A DNA stretch of 64,000 bases from Octopus sinensis (GCF_006345805.1 NC_042999.1:27094001-27158000), one strand, 5' to 3'; positions 10,077-24,161 are shown, counted from the stretch's first letter. Made by a program: numbers and translations. The notes: a model not told the origin generated them from the sequence alone.

Positions 10077-10145
10077 ATACACACACATACATATAAATAT
10101 ATACATACACAATACACCTACATATACACATACACACATACATAC

Positions 10146-10193
<48 letters not shown>

Positions 10194-10272
10194 TACACAT
10201 ACATATACATACATATACATACATATATATACACATACTTACACATGTACATATACATATATATATATGTAC

Positions 10273-10330
<58 letters not shown>
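8576..10330. repeat. Compound low-complexity tract: (AAAAAAT)n, (TA/CA/TACA)n, with a ~120-bp direct duplication at about 9500 and 9672
   Basis: Direct reading; explains the many Y/I/H/T-rich ORFs. Confidence 0.9.
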
Positions 10331-10331
<1 letters not shown>

Positions 10332-10334
<3 letters not shown>

Positions 10335-10699
10335 GTGAAATAGAAAATGATAATCTTGTAGTAGATTATGTACATATGTACATATATATATATATATATA
10401 TAACATTATTGGTGAATTGAAGAAATGGAGCTGAACGCAGATTGAACAGAAGTCGTTTTATTTCATTCTACACGTGTTTCGAAAGGCGAAATAAAACGAT
10501 TTCTGTTCAATCTGCGTAGCTCCATTTCTTCAATTCACCAATAATGTTTTAATTTCAATTATCCGCACCAACGCACGGTTGCAACGCCAGATGGTTGTAC
10601 CTCCAACCGTGCTGTTTACTGTTGTGATTTTTGCTACTAAGGTATCGGTTAAACTTTTGATTAATCTACTACAAGATTATTCATCTTTCTATTTCACAT
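10332..10699. mobile_element. Second copy of the inverted PLE-like terminal fragment (family of 613-906)
   Basis: Minus-arm pieces 10332-10378 and 10402-10487; plus arm 10488-10699; flanked by (TA)n. Confidence 0.7.
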
Positions 10700-10700
10700 A

Positions 10701-10736
<36 letters not shown>

Positions 10737-10763
10737 GCATATATACATACATGCATACATACA

Positions 10764-10824
<61 letters not shown>

Positions 10825-11639
10825 TATATGCATATATATATATATATGTACCTTTATATTAACGTTCTATTTCGTTTTTTATTGATATTTATTCCAGAAA
10901 TAATTTGACATTTGATCAGATAAAATACAGAGTAAAAATGAAACTAAAGTAAAGCAAATATAATGGCGTGTGTTTATTTTCAATGCTGCTATATAATTGT
11001 CTAAATACAACCATGATGTTTGTCTAAATACAAACATGACATTAGTGTCTAAATAGAATTTTATTATTTTCAACTCTACAACGAAGCCATTGCTATGCCC
11101 AATTTGGGGAGATGAAACTCACGTTCACTGTAGGAAATATTTCAATTTTCACTTTTACAATATAAAGGTTAAAAAAATATACTGAAAAGCATCATGGCTC
11201 TCACACTATTCTTGTTTGTTTGTTTGTGTGTGTGTGCAGTTGTGCGTGTGTGTGTTGGCGTATTTGTGTGTGTATTATGTATTAAAAACCAAAACACATA
11301 TCTACACAAATGGATGATATATGCATTTGCTTGGATAAGGCCATGCAATGCATGCACGATATCGTACATCGCTTAATAATTATCTCATAGTTTAGTTCTA
11401 CTAAGTACAGTGAACTTAATATTTTAATGGGGAGATGTAATGAAACGGAAGCATGTTGGCAGTTGTTTGTTGTACTGCTTGGAATTATTTATTATATCGA
11501 TCATAGGAATGTCTTCTACTGGCCCTGAAGTAGCAAGATAACGTAATTTTGAAGTTACCGTCTCTCCGGTGGCAGATGCACTGTAGCTGTAGATATATAT
11601 CACCGGTAGTTAGATTTGATTTCATTAGAAAGTCTGTAT

Positions 11640-12200
11640 GCCGACCTTAAGTTGGATGCAAAGATTACCTTAACGTTCTAGCTCGCTACCGCTGTTTACA
11701 GCACTGTTTGGAATGAAGTGTGTAGCGTGTGATCGTTGCATTGACTACGGCAGAAACAGTTTACATGACGATACCTACTCAGAGACCTACGTATAATTTC
11801 ATAAAGTGAATGGAGAGGAGTGTATGAAACGCACATACGTGCACGAGTGGATCAGACGTTTCCAAGATGGCCGAAAAGATTTCGATATAGACAAACGTTT
11901 TGGGAGATCCGCAAACAGCAGAACTGAGAAAAACATCACAGATGAGCGTCCATCTCTGAGGGGAAATCGTCGAATCACCAACCGTGAGTTATCAGAGAAT
12001 GTGCACATTTGTTACAGTCCAGTTCACTTTATTATCACTGAAGGTTTGGGTATGAGACGTGTGTCTGCCACGTTTGGGCCAAAACTGCTTTTCGGTAGCC
12101 AAGAACACACTCGGGTTTCAGTTGCGCAAAATCTCTTTGACTGCATCGAGAACGATGAAATCTGTTTGAAAATTTGCGTATGTCTCTGAGCAAACATCAC
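11640..12200 (+). mobile_element. Decayed mariner-like transposon (N-terminal HTH region)
   Basis: ORF 11806..12189 with VHEWIRRFQDGR, GR, NRRITNREL and LGMRRVSATFGPKLL (degenerate WVPK/R). The probable right end is near 12860-13000. Confidence 0.75.
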
Positions 12201-12284
12201 CAAACATTTCGCAAAATTTGATGTAGATTATCTGCTTAGCTTTCTCTGCCATAGTCAATGTGACGATCAAACAGTACATGGTGG

Positions 12285-12850
12285 CTGCCCCCTCGTTATC
12301 GAGTATGGCCGTTGCACGAAGCTTAATCAATGTTGTTATCGTGCAATGCCTGTGCAAGAAGATATTTTTTAAAGTGAGGTAAGGCTGTGCACAGAGTCAA
12401 CCCCACTCACTAAGCATCCATAATCCGAAAAGAAGGACAAGTCTGTATCATCGGTAACCACTGAGTCGCAGGTTTTACGTCGGAGTCATCCCAATTACCC
12501 GAGTTACCTTCTCCCAGAAGGATGCCCTAACAAAGGCTAGGAGTCCTTCACTCCCAATGGTTTAACCATGCGATCGGGTATTCAGTTCGATTATTTCTAT
12601 GTCCCCGCGCATGATAGAGCCCTAAGACATTTATTGGATGGCCGTTGAATCTCATGAGTTCCTCCGCCTTTTGACGGGTTTTGTTTTTCATCCTGCAGAG
12701 TGTCCAATAAACACCCTCCTCCCCAAGCAAGCTTGGTGGGGTTGCCGCTTTAGTCGCCGACGACCCGATCATGCAACAGGTTGTACTGGGTTACATGTTA
12801 CCAGTAGCACTCAAAAGTGACCTGACACTACATACGTTCCTTCTAAGCAC
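12285..12850 (-). mobile_element. GC-richer inserted repeat, RTE-LINE 5' region-like
   Basis: Compositional shift inside the mariner relic; resemblance to RTE 5' UTRs is from recall only. Confidence 0.35.
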
Positions 12851-13035
12851 TGCTCTAGACAGGGGAAATGAGCTAGAACGTTAAAGCTTAGGGCGCATAC
12901 ACAGTAGAGTACAAGGTCAATCCGTGCTAAGCGGTTTTACTCTGCGTGCTTTAGCTTCGTTACCATAGCAACAGTCCCGATATTTATTGATCAACCCTTG
13001 TATATAAGGATGTGTGTGTGTGGGCGTTTATGCAT

Positions 13036-13135
13036 GGGTCGATAAATTAAGTACCAGTTACGTACTGGAGTTGGTCTAATCGACTGACCCCCTACCCCAA
13101 AATTTTGGGCCTTGTGCCTAGAGTGGGAAAAGAAT
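13036..13135 (+). mobile_element. SINE family B, 3' fragment
   Basis: GGGTCGATAAATTAAGTACCAGTT matches 38868-39097 and 50262-50661. Confidence 0.75.
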
Positions 13136-13169
13136 ATATTTATACAGTTCTATATTTAAGGGTTCTATA

Positions 13170-13684
13170 TATTACAGGGAAAAATGCGAGCATGAAAAGT
13201 TATATTCATGAAAAGTCATAAGATGGAAATGTACAGGACAAGTTATTACACCTATAAAAGCATAGGACAAAATATTCCTTCTAGTAGAATAAAGAAAAAA
13301 AAATACTTAAAATTTTGCAGCAAAGAACGCCAGTTCTTCTGGTTTATCACTCTTTACAGTTCTCACATTTTGAAATTTTTGTACCAAACTGTTCAGCTAA
13401 TTTGCAAGTTTGTCCAATTAGTCACTTTTTCTGTATTTAAGGTAGTAAATTAACCAAATTCTACTTAAATAAATATAGTGTTATTTCTAAACTATAATCA
13501 AATAAGTTTTAATATTCAAATTTTAATTTTAGCTGCAATATTTTAAGTAAAATGTTTCTTATTCTTTACTTTACTAGAAGTAATAGCATGTCCTATATTT
13601 TTACAAATATAACTTGTCCTGTACATTTCCAGGTTTATAATCTTAAGAATATGACTTACCATTCTCGCATTTTTCCATGTAATC
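13170..13684. mobile_element. MITE/foldback with ~150-bp diverged terminal inverted repeats
   Basis: GGAAAAATGCGAG...GGAAATGTACAGGACAAGTTAT...TACTTAAAAT.TTGCAGC on the left is mirrored by GCTGCAA.ATTTTAAGTA...ATAACTTGTCCTGTACATTTCC...CTCGCATTTTTCC on the right. Confidence 0.8.
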
Positions 13685-14399
13685 CATGATTTTTCCAGGC
13701 ATTGCTGTTATAAGATAATTAATAATTTAAGATTTTAACTTATAAATTACTGAAGGGTAATATTTCAATTTTTCCTTGTAAGTGATGACAATATTTAAAT
13801 TTTTTACCTGTTTAATTAAAATATATGTTGTGATTGAATTACTGGATATTACCCATCCACACCAACTTAATGGCAGGGATTTTTACCATGTTGTTAGTTG
13901 CACCATGGTTCACCAAAATGTACAAACAACAAGATCCCAAAACCATCAGTAACCAGGCTCACCTTAAGTAACCTAATTTTGCAATATTAGGAAGTTACAG
14001 GAATTCATTCAACGAAAAGAATTCCAATGATTCCGGGATGAGGGGGACTCCTCACTTCATTTTTTCCGGACCAAAATAAGGGATTTTCAGCATATTAGGA
14101 GGACATGGCACTTGATTCCAAGCAAAAAATCATTTTGATTTTCATTAGTGAAAATAGTGCGGGTGTTAATATAGAAGTTGACCATAATGTTCTTGTTACT
14201 TAGCCTCAAATAAACTCTGATACTGCAAACGTATCATCAAAGACATTCAAGCCTTCAGCAAACCGTCTTTTAGGGATAATCTAGGATATTACATACAATG
14301 GGCGTCTGATTTAGGTAGCAGGATACTTTGGCTGCTATTTTTACCTGGTTCATTGCTTTGATTGCGTGATGTGATGTTTTTTACACATAAAGTTGGGGG

Positions 14400-15580
14400 A
14401 AATAAATGGCCTGGCCGTTCTAATTATTTTAAATTGTGATCGACAATCCATTTTTTAGTAGACTTCGCCGTGTGCTTAGGGTCGTTATCCTGTTGTAAAA
14501 CCCACCCTTCAAAAAACTGGAGCTTTTCTACAGAATCCCATAAATTATTGTTCAAAATATTTTGGTACATCTCTGCATTCATTCTACCATCTATCACATG
14601 TAAATTGCCAGTAACAGTTACAGAGAAACACTCCCACGCCATGATGTTGCCACCTCCAAACTTTACGATAGGAAATGTGTTTTTCGGCGAACAGGCGGTA
14701 CCATCTTTCCTCCAAGCATGGCTACGTGAATTTCGTCCAAACAATTCAATTTTCGACTCATCTGTCCATAGAACATGTTCCCAGAATGTATCAGATTTAT
14801 CTTTATATTCATAAACAAATTTTAAACGGGCATCTCTATGCCTTTTAGTCAACAGTAGAGTTTTTCTAGGAGAGTTTGATTTCAGTTCATTCCTATGAAG
14901 TTCCTTGCTGATTGTTCATAGCGTAACACTAGTCCTTGAAGCTAACAAATCTTCTTGCAACACCTTTCTGGTGATCATTACATTTTTTCAATTCTTCGCT
15001 TCATTTTTCTTAAAGATCTAGGGGAAATCTTGCAAGGTGCAATGGATCATATTCTGTTTTCAACAGTTCCCGATTTTTTATATGTTTGAATAAATGAAGA
15101 TATGGTAGAAAATGGAGTACAAAGTGTCTCTGATATTCTCCTGCAACTTTTACCTGCTTTCCATTGTTCAATAATTAAATTATTCACTGAATTTGTGAGT
15201 TCTTTACTTTTCGCCATTATTACGATACTACTTCATGTTGTCTCAGTGCTGAATGAAAAAGCTAGCATTTTAACACTTAAAAATGACAACTGATAAGATT
15301 ATTGGAACAAACGAGAAAGTTCTAAAAAAGAAAAATATTTTAACAGTATTTTGTGGCATAGAAAATCATAAATTTATTCTGAACGAATACTTTTTTTCAC
15401 ACCTAAATATCTATAATTGTATATAAATTCATTAGTTACTATAATTTATTAGTTTCTTTTGCATAGTCTTAATATGTATATGTGTATGCAAATATATGAT
15501 TGGTATATCCCATTTATGTTCATTAGAAATTCAAGAAATAAAGAATTTTGACAGGTACGCATATTTATTTCCCTCCACTG
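14400..15580 (-). mobile_element. Tc1-family transposon relic, 3'-truncated
   Basis: ORF 14424..14852 has VLWTDESKIELFG, VKFGGGNIMAW and QQDNDPKHTAK. The TIR starts CAGTGGAGGGAAATAAAT at 15580, next to TA. Confidence 0.92.
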
Positions 15581-15593
15581 TATATGTAATATG

Positions 15594-15639
<46 letters not shown>

Positions 15640-15783
15640 ATATAATATATATATATATAAATAAATAAATATTATCGGCAGAAATTAGAGAGTAAGTCAA
15701 AACTTGAGCGTTTTGAGTATTGGCACTTATCAAACCCGAATTTGTCCATTGTCACTCTGTAACTTCCGAGGAAATAACTACTA

Positions 15784-16222
15784 AAATACAAACTTTTGGC
15801 AAAAACGTCAAGTGTAAAACCTGTTCTATGTGACATATTTTACTAGTATCAAAATTTGAAAGTCTTTAGTTTTAAAAGAATTAATTAAATGATCTGTGCG
15901 TCTAATTGAATAGCTCCGAGATGGATGAAAGGCAAAGTCGACCTCGGCGGAATTCGAACTCAGAACGTAATAACAGACGAAATACCGCTTCTGAAATACA
16001 AAATTTTATGAAAAACGATAAGAATAAGCCTGTTCTATGTCATATATTCTACTAGTATCGGAAGTTTGAAAGTGTTTAGTTTACAAAAATAATTAATTAA
16101 ATAATCTCTATATCAAAGTTGAATTCGGCGAAATTTGAACTAAAAAAAAGTAAAGACAGAAGAAATATTGTTAAGCATGGCACCCTGCGTGCTAAGGTTT
16201 CTACCAGCTTGCCGTCTTATAA
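15784..16222. repeat. Diverged ~210-bp tandem duplication of an AT-rich unit plus SINE-B fragment
   Basis: AAATACAAA...CCTGTTCTATGT...TACTAGTATC...TTTGAAAGT at 15784 and 15993, each followed by minus-strand SINE-B sequence. Confidence 0.65.
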
Positions 16223-17210
16223 GGTAAGCATTAATTTTAGAAATATATCCTTTATTCTTATTGTGCTCATCAAAGTTTTCATTGTTGAATGAAACTAGAA
16301 ACGATCTCCAATCTCAGGATGCTCATGATTACTAATTTTTAATACAGTTCTGTTTATTTTACACCTATACAGAGCTTGTCTTGTGAATATTGTTTATATT
16401 CCCAACCTATTTAATCTCTGAGGAGTGATATGTTCATGCGATGCCCGCAACATCACTACCCTGTTGTGTCTATCACTTAGGCTTTCACTTTTATATGAAG
16501 GCGCCCCTCCCTTTCACACAGACGCAAGTCTGAAAATTTGTTGTAAAGTCATAAGTGGAATGGAAACTGGCTGAGTATAATATATATACGAAAGACAAAG
16601 TCAACACCAATTGGATTTGTGCTAATTATGCCGTGTCATTCGGTACAACATTCTGTCGCTCTTATTTTTATTCTATTCTGTAGATATTTCCAAAGACTCA
16701 TCCAATCTTGTTCTCAACAGAGAAAATGTAATATATAGTGAAGCATGGACGCAGTACAGTAAATTCATGCAACACCAAATCAATCCCGTGTATTGGAAGA
16801 ACACTGTTTAAATATTTATTTTCCTTGAGCTAAATCATGTACAGCTTGTATTTCATGTTTTCATCATTGAACCAAATGGTCCTTGTTGTTGTCACAACTG
16901 AACCAAAGTCTAATAAATGAATTTTGTAAAAAAGTATGTAATTAAAAATGTTGTTTATGGAAATTGACTATCTATCAAAGCCGTAAATGCAGTAAAAGAG
17001 AATCTGAAAGCCTGGTTGTCAATTATCTGGCAACTTTTCTACATAATAGCAAGATGAGTCAAAAGTTTTTCCAATTTTGACTGATTTTTGGCAACATGTA
17101 TCTCCATGCCATATCATTAACGTGATAGCATCTTTCGTCCAATAGTTGCTGAAGTGAATCGTTTATTCTTTATTTTCATATCTAACATATAAATGTTCCA
17201 GAGATGTACT

Positions 17211-17379
17211 TGATCAGAGATCGTGTGCTGGAACGAAAACAATTGCAGCGTGGAAGGTGTTTATAAGCCATTTAAGAAACACACAAAACCGTTAGATACA
17301 CTTCAACATTTAAATTTAATTTGTCAAAATATTTTCGTCGCTTTGAGACCGTGACATGTTCACTGACAAAGCTTCGTGC
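17211..17379 (-). mobile_element. Short HHR-bearing insert (PLE/retrozyme-like) nested in the mariner relic
   Basis: Contains the HHR fold at 17320-17370; boundaries approximate. Confidence 0.5.
17320..17370 (-). ncRNA. Type I hammerhead ribozyme, G3:C8 core variant
   Basis: Minus strand: TTTGTCA GTGAACA t GTCaC ggtctcaaa GcGAC GAAA ATAT TT TGACAAA. Perfect 7-bp stem I, stem II with one mismatch, palindromic stem III AATATT. Confidence 0.7.
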
Positions 17380-20029
17380 TTTTTTTTATATATAAATGTT
17401 CGTTATTTATTATTTTGCAACTTTGGTAATGAGTGGTGAGAAATTGCAGTTAGAGCGATTTTATACTACGAATGAAACAAAGAGGATTGAGTGCAAGTGG
17501 AGGAGCAAAAGAAATTTATTATGTGGTAGGCCTAGCAATTGTCAACAAACATATGACACAAAATATTTTTTCAAGGAAGGTGATAACTGCTTCGAAGGCA
17601 AACCGGAAACAGGGAGTCCTTGTGTTGTGGAAGTTGAGACTTTACTAGAAAGAGTTGAATAACAGCCTAGCACAAGCACTAATACATTGTCAGCAGGATT
17701 TGGTCCATCACATATCACCACCAGTTGACATCCTCATAAGCTCACTCTCATGAACAGATCTAATGAACAGAATGTAATTAGTTATATTGTGATGAATAAA
17801 CGCGTTTTGCATATTAAGTTGTTTGACGTCATAATTTTTGCTTAAAACATGAACACTCTCAACGACATGTGAACATTTACAAACAACAACTCACAAATCA
17901 TCGCTATGCCCTATTATGGTATCGGATTGTAAAATGGAACTATTTTCGTAATTCTAAAATGAGAAATCTGTGGCTTTCTTCCAGCCTGACCTCAGAACCT
18001 GTTGTCAAATAAGGGCGGTTTGAGCAATAGGTCATACGGTGCATTGGGTGTAATTTCGAGGGTGTGTAAGCAATATGAGCTTCTCTAAGATGGTCAAGCT
18101 GTGAAACCTATTCTGTATGCTCAACAACTGCAGTAATTATATCATGGTTTGAAAGCCCGCTACGCTGCATTGCTCAATCAAAGCACTGCTACAGCATAAC
18201 ATTACCACAGTGCACAGTGCCAATGTGACTAAGAGCTAGACTAAAGAACTTAAGGGCTGGAAGTGCTGCCTCACTCTGCTTACAGTCCAAACGTGGCACT
18301 ATCAGATTAACACCGTTTCCAAGTCATAACTAATTTCCTGCACGGACAGAGGTTCAATAATATGGATGAAGTTGAAAATCGCTGCGTGGAGATTTTGACT
18401 ATACACCATCCAGATTTCGTAAGCGTGGAATTGGGCTCCCGGCGCATGGATGCCAAAAGATAATAGAATATAACGAGTTATAGTGTGGTGATTAAACTTT
18501 TTTTGCATGTTAAGTTGTTTGACCTAATAATTTTTGCTTAAAACATGAAAAGACTTTTGATTCAACCTGGTAATAACCGATATAAATGTCGGTTGTTAGG
18601 TTGATTCACGTTTCAAGCTGAATTAATATAAGCGGTGCGGTATGAGTGCACATACAAGCTTTGATGGCAGCTTTGGTTTCAGGAAAGAATTCAGATTTTA
18701 TTGGTGATAGGTTTCCTGTTGTTCATTTTGTGACTATTCTGATAAAATTTAGAAAAAATGATGATATATATCAATCGCAAATATATAAGAAGTATATTTT
18801 ATTAAATTTCATTACTAAGTAATAAATAATTTTCTCTTGAAAATTATTGCCTTTTCATTACATGGTATAAGCATCAAGAAACAATGATAGTCTAAATTAT
18901 TATGAGGTGCATATCTGGTTGCAAAGTATACTTTGGCACTCGTCATACGATAGATAGCTTTGGAAGTCCGTATATAACAACTATTATATATTGTCGAAAG
19001 TCTTACGTTGTAATATAAAAGTCAATTTATACCCTATATAATTGTTTTGTACATTGATGACGTTTTAAAAATTTTGATATTTATTGCCGTAAGACTTACT
19101 GATTAATATGTATATCTTATTATCAATAGATATAAAGTAAATTCTTTTCAAATCAAAATCTAACATAACTTAGCCTTTAGGATTGGCAAGCATATTGATT
19201 AAGTTCTTGAAGTTACAATTATCACAATGCTCGATTATCTTAAGTATGTTATACTTCCCACAATATAAGGGCTCCATTAATCCATAAATAAATTTCAATG
19301 AAGGCCCTGGGTTAAAATTTCATTAGACAATAATATAGACAAGAAGACTGTCAAATGATGTCAGCTAATTCAATAATTCAAGATATTCAATTGCTTCCTA
19401 TTGTCCAACAGCCATTATATATCATTTATCACTTCCGAAATGAAATATGGAATCTTACATAAAGATTTACTGTCCTTTTATTTCAAAGATAATTATCAAA
19501 TGTATGAATATAATTTAAAATTGATTATGAGTGTTTAGTATGAGAAGACAATGTATTCATAAGAATGATAACAAGTTGTTAGAGTTTCTGTCACAAGGGC
19601 ATTCTAATATAAACCTCATTTATTGAATATTAATAGAATGAAGCAAAACAAGACCCAATTATTAGCTTCAATTAATGTTTAGGCTTTTTCTCCCCCTTTT
19701 ATTTCTTAACACGAACAATTTTAGTCAGTTAACAGGCTATTTATCAAACGTGGTCTGTTCCTAGATTAAGTCTACATATTACATTCGGCAGTTTGATTAT
19801 TAAAGTCGACAGACTGTAGCATCTAATACACTCCTGCACAAGGTGTGGTACAGTTCCTTTCTCCCTAAACATTTTTCATAAATACAATTCCTAACTTAAA
19901 CATAGCACAAGACTTGCAGTTCTCCTAGTAGCATTCCTTAATAGGGGACAAGCCAATATAGTTCATTCTTCAGTAAAATGTTCCCAAATATTTTTTTGTA
20001 TCTACTTTAAATTCAAGGCTTGAAATTTG

Positions 20030-20205
20030 TAACGATGGGACAATTATGTCGGCCCCAATGCTTATTTGTTACATATCTTATCGAACCGTTGAGATAAACG
20101 GGAAAGTCGACCACGGCAGCAGTTTATCTCAGAGCGTAAAGCGAAGAAAATGCAACAAAGAATTTTGTCCGGCGTGCTACTAATACTGCCAGCGTGCCTC
20201 CGTAA
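20030..20205 (-). mobile_element. SINE family B, diverged copy
   Basis: AAAGTCGACCACGGCAG...CTCAGAGCGTAAAG...CCGGCGTGCTA matches family B. Confidence 0.65.
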
Positions 20206-21410
20206 AGCCTTCGCCTATCTTACGCAGAATGTAGTTAAAAAACAATGTAAGTAGCTAGGTTTACATGCTCATAAACATATTCATACATGTAAGTATGAAT
20301 GTAGATGTATGAGTAGTTTGACAATCATATTTAACCCTTCTAAAACCCAACCAAGAAGGTCCTAGTAACTAGATATATCACAGGCATTAGTAATCCTCAT
20401 ATCATAAGAGCCACTAGATTAGTTCAAGGCAACTATTGTAACATAGCTGTTATGAAATGACTCAGAGGTATTGAGTACAAAGCCGACTGTAAATTCACTA
20501 CTTGTAATATCGTGGGTTTTTGCCATAAAACTTCAGGGACCTCAATAGGCAATCTTCTAAGGCAAACTTCTTAGATAATATTGGGAATCACAATTATACT
20601 TTAACGCTTCATACGTGTGCAGGAAAGCTGATTCGCAGATCAATAATCTGCGTAGTTGCATGACGCCATATATGCGATGTGGTTCATTTGAAAATTTCTT
20701 TTTTTGTATACTGAACAATATGGAGGAATAAAAAGAATCCATAAGTTTTAATATTCTCCGAGACCATGAAGCTGCAAAGATATTAGCAAGGAGAAGATAA
20801 GAACAGTAAAGACAAAAGCAAGGATAACATTCCAAAGAGGCGATATTTTGAAAGAAAAACTGGATGTACAGTTGAGTGTGAGGTTTGAAGGGGTTAGAGG
20901 CAACGAGGGTGACAAAAAGCAGAAAACCAATGGGCTGGAGTTATGAGTGATATCGTTACGAAAAGAGCTGCACACGAGAATCAAATGTCAGTAAAATGGG
21001 GATGGAAATATCAAAGAGAGGATTCAAGACGCGTTGAGAGATTTGTATCACAAGAGAACATAGATATTTGCATGTGAAATTTGGAAGAAATGTCAGTGGA
21101 TCTTTCAAAAGAAAAGGGAACTGATCAGAGGATTTGAATCTTTTATTATTTTGATTATCATTGTTTTTTTGTTTTTTTCTGTTGGGTCATAGTGAATTGC
21201 AGAGAGTGGTAATGTATAAAGAGTTAAGGAAATACCCCACATGCCTAGAATAGTGAAACGGTCGCTAAAGTAGCCAAAAGACAGAGAGTGGCCAAAAAGC
21301 GAGCAGCGTTGTACGCCTATTGTGAAAACGGGTGGAATGGGGATGGTCTACATTCAATAGAAGGAATATAAGGGCAGTAATAGGAAAATAAAATCTATTA
21401 CAAGTCCTTT

Positions 21411-21423
21411 GTAGTAGTAGTAT

Positions 21424-21456
<33 letters not shown>

Positions 21457-21730
21457 CAGCAGCAGCAGTAGCAGTAGTAGTAATAGTAATAGTAGTAGTA
21501 ATTGTAGTAGCATTAGTAGTAGTAATAGTAGTAGTAGTAGTAGTAATTGTATTAGTAGAAGTAATAGTAGTAGTAGTAGTAGTAGTAATAGTAGTAGTAG
21601 TAATGGTAGTAGTAGTAATAATAGTAGTAGCAGCAGCTGCAGCTGTAGTAGTAGCAGCAGTAGTAGTAGTAGTAGTAGTAGTATAGTAGTAGTAGTAGTA
21701 GTGGTGGTGGTGGTGGTGGTGGTGGTGGTG
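21411..21730. repeat. Compound trinucleotide microsatellite (GTA)n/(GCA)n/(GTG)n
   Basis: Direct reading; source of the poly-T/L/H ORFs. Confidence 0.95.
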
Positions 21731-22320
21731 GGAGGGGCTGATTATGGTGGCGGATGTGATAGTGTTCATGTTAGTATTAATAGATTTACAGGTAGAATGT
21801 TAGAATAAACGATGGGAAGGAAGCCAGTGCGTATGGGAAGAAGTCGATGTGCGGCGGTGAATTAGGATTGGGAACTTTTTGTTACTGCTGCAGGTGCTGA
21901 CGTAGTTCTGCTTGTTACTCATTAATTAACAATGATGTATTTGTTGTTGTTTTTTTTTTTTTTGTTATTATACTTGTATTTTTTTTACACCAATCTGGTA
22001 ATTGAAATTGTTTCTGGCGTTGCCATAGCAGTTGTTCTTGTTCAACGAGTATCGGTGACGTTTACAACTGACGTTAAGTTCTGACAGTTGTTTTTCATCA
22101 CTTTTCAATCTTGCCGCTTAAAGCTGTCAAGATGCAGCTTATAGGAATAATAAACACAATAAACAGAATGTTAACTTTAATTTTACTTTTTAATGCTTGA
22201 CATTCTCAACGAGTGCATGCGTTTCTTAGATCGGTTTAGTACAGGAATTTGCAGACAACGACTTCATATCTTAATTCATTGGACATAAGAAAAATCTCCG
22301 GTCTAGATTGTCGGAAACTC

Positions 22321-22391
<71 letters not shown>

Positions 22392-22676
22392 GCGCATGCA
22401 TGCGCAAATAAATATGTGTGTGTGTGTGAGTGCGTGTATGTGTGTGTGTGTGTGCATGTGAATATGTGTGTATGTGCATTTATAGAGCTTTTCGCGGTAG
22501 CTTCGACATATTTTAGACATTGATTCTGTATGGAGGAGACAAGTCATGTTTCGACCTTCTTCCTTAATATAATTATACATATATATATATATATATGTGT
22601 GTGTGTATGTATATATATATATATGGGTATGTATATATATATGTGTGTGTGTATATATGTGTATTTATATATATAT

Positions 22677-22739
<63 letters not shown>

Positions 22740-23538
22740 AGTGATCAAATGTTATACTTAATTGAAATTTAATCATCAATGTACTTTTCCTGAATTATCT
22801 ATGACTTCCTTCCATCTATTTACAAGCTTTTTAATCCCATTTAACGAAAAACTCTTTTGGTTTCAAAGTGAAGAACTCTGAAATATCAGTTTCCATCTGC
22901 GCCTGACTTGCGTGGCTTATGTTCCCCAGATGATTCGGTAAACTACGAAACAAATGGCAGTCTGAAGGAGCATGGTCAGGAGAATAAGGTGGATGAGGAA
23001 ATTTTTCCCAACCAAGCTCTTCGATCTTCTGTGATGTGATTCTTTGCAGTGTGGAGTCGCGCATTGTCCTGATGAACCATCACTCCTTTTCCGTTCGATA
23101 AAGCTTGGTTCAAAGCTTGGTTCAAACACTCTAATTGCTGACAGTATACTTGAGCATCGATTGTTGCATTTTGTGGTAACAATTCAAAGAGAATTACTCC
23201 TTTGCAATCCCACCAGATAGAGAGAAGAACCTTTTCCCCATTAAGTTCCCTCCCCGGTTGTGGTTGAGCCTTTTGCCTTTTACCAAGCCACTGTTTATGA
23301 CGTTTAACGTTTCGATAGAAGATCTATTCTTGGTCATCAGTCACAAGTCTATCCAGAAAGGGTGAAATGAGTTCGAGAGAATGGAGAGAAGAGCAGATGT
23401 CAGCTCGGGATTTGCCGTTGCTTTCGGACAATTCATGAGGCACCCATTTTCCAAATTGAAGAAACTTTCCATGTTGTTGAAGATGACGATGAACAGTTGT
23501 ATATTTTAAACCGAGCTTTATTGCCAATTCTTCAACTG
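22740..23538 (-). mobile_element. Decayed mariner (DD34D) transposase
   Basis: Frameshifted pieces GKWVPHEL, DRLVTDDQE, HQDNARLH and PHPPYSPDHAPSDCHLFRSL. Confidence 0.9.
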
Positions 23539-23569
<31 letters not shown>

Positions 23570-23589
23570 TGAGAACCATATATAGATAT

Positions 23590-24019
23590 ATTCTTTTATT
23601 CTTTTATTCTCTTCCTTTCTTCAGTCACTTAACTGCAGGCATGCTAGAGCACGGATTTTTTAGTCGAATAAATCGTCCCTAGGACTTATTCTCTCTAAGC
23701 TTAGTACTTATTCTATCGTCTCTCTTGCCGAATCACCAAGTTACGGCGACACATCAACGGAAGGGGGGGGGGAACACACATACACACACACACAAATACA
23801 CACACGCACATACACAAACACACACACACTGACACACCCAAACATATATATATATATATGGGCATCTTTCAATTTCCGTCTTCCAGGTCCACCCCCAAAT
23901 TTTTGGTCTGCTCGAGGCTAAATTAGGAGACATTAGCGCAAGTTGCCACACACTTGGACTGAGCCCGACACCCTGTGGTTGAGAAGCAATCTTCTTACCA
24001 CACTGTCACGCCTGTGCCT
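23590..24019 (-). mobile_element. SINE family A, diverged
   Basis: Homologous to 957-1358. Confidence 0.8.
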
Positions 24020-24020
24020 G

Positions 24021-24052
<32 letters not shown>

Positions 24053-24127
24053 ATATATAACGGGAAGGTTTACGAAAATAAACAAAAGACTAAGGCAGGT
24101 GGAGTACAAACATATATATATATATAT

Positions 24128-24161
<34 letters not shown>

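Larger units (their letters stand above)
17050..18570 (+). mobile_element. Decayed mariner transposon
   Basis: TIR-like GAGTCAAAAGT (17057) / ACTTTTGATTC (about 18553); EVLPHSAYSPNVALSD (YSPDLAPSD-like) at about 18259-18307; subterminal duplication at 17810 and 18506. Confidence 0.75.

Noticed and set aside
16417-16460. CTGAGGA followed by a GTGAT/ATCAC stem
   Set aside because: No GAAA or stem III/I follows.
20620-21110. Purine-rich, LINE-like decayed stretches (also about 33000-33270 and 51310-51830)
   Set aside because: Too degraded to assign from motifs by eye.
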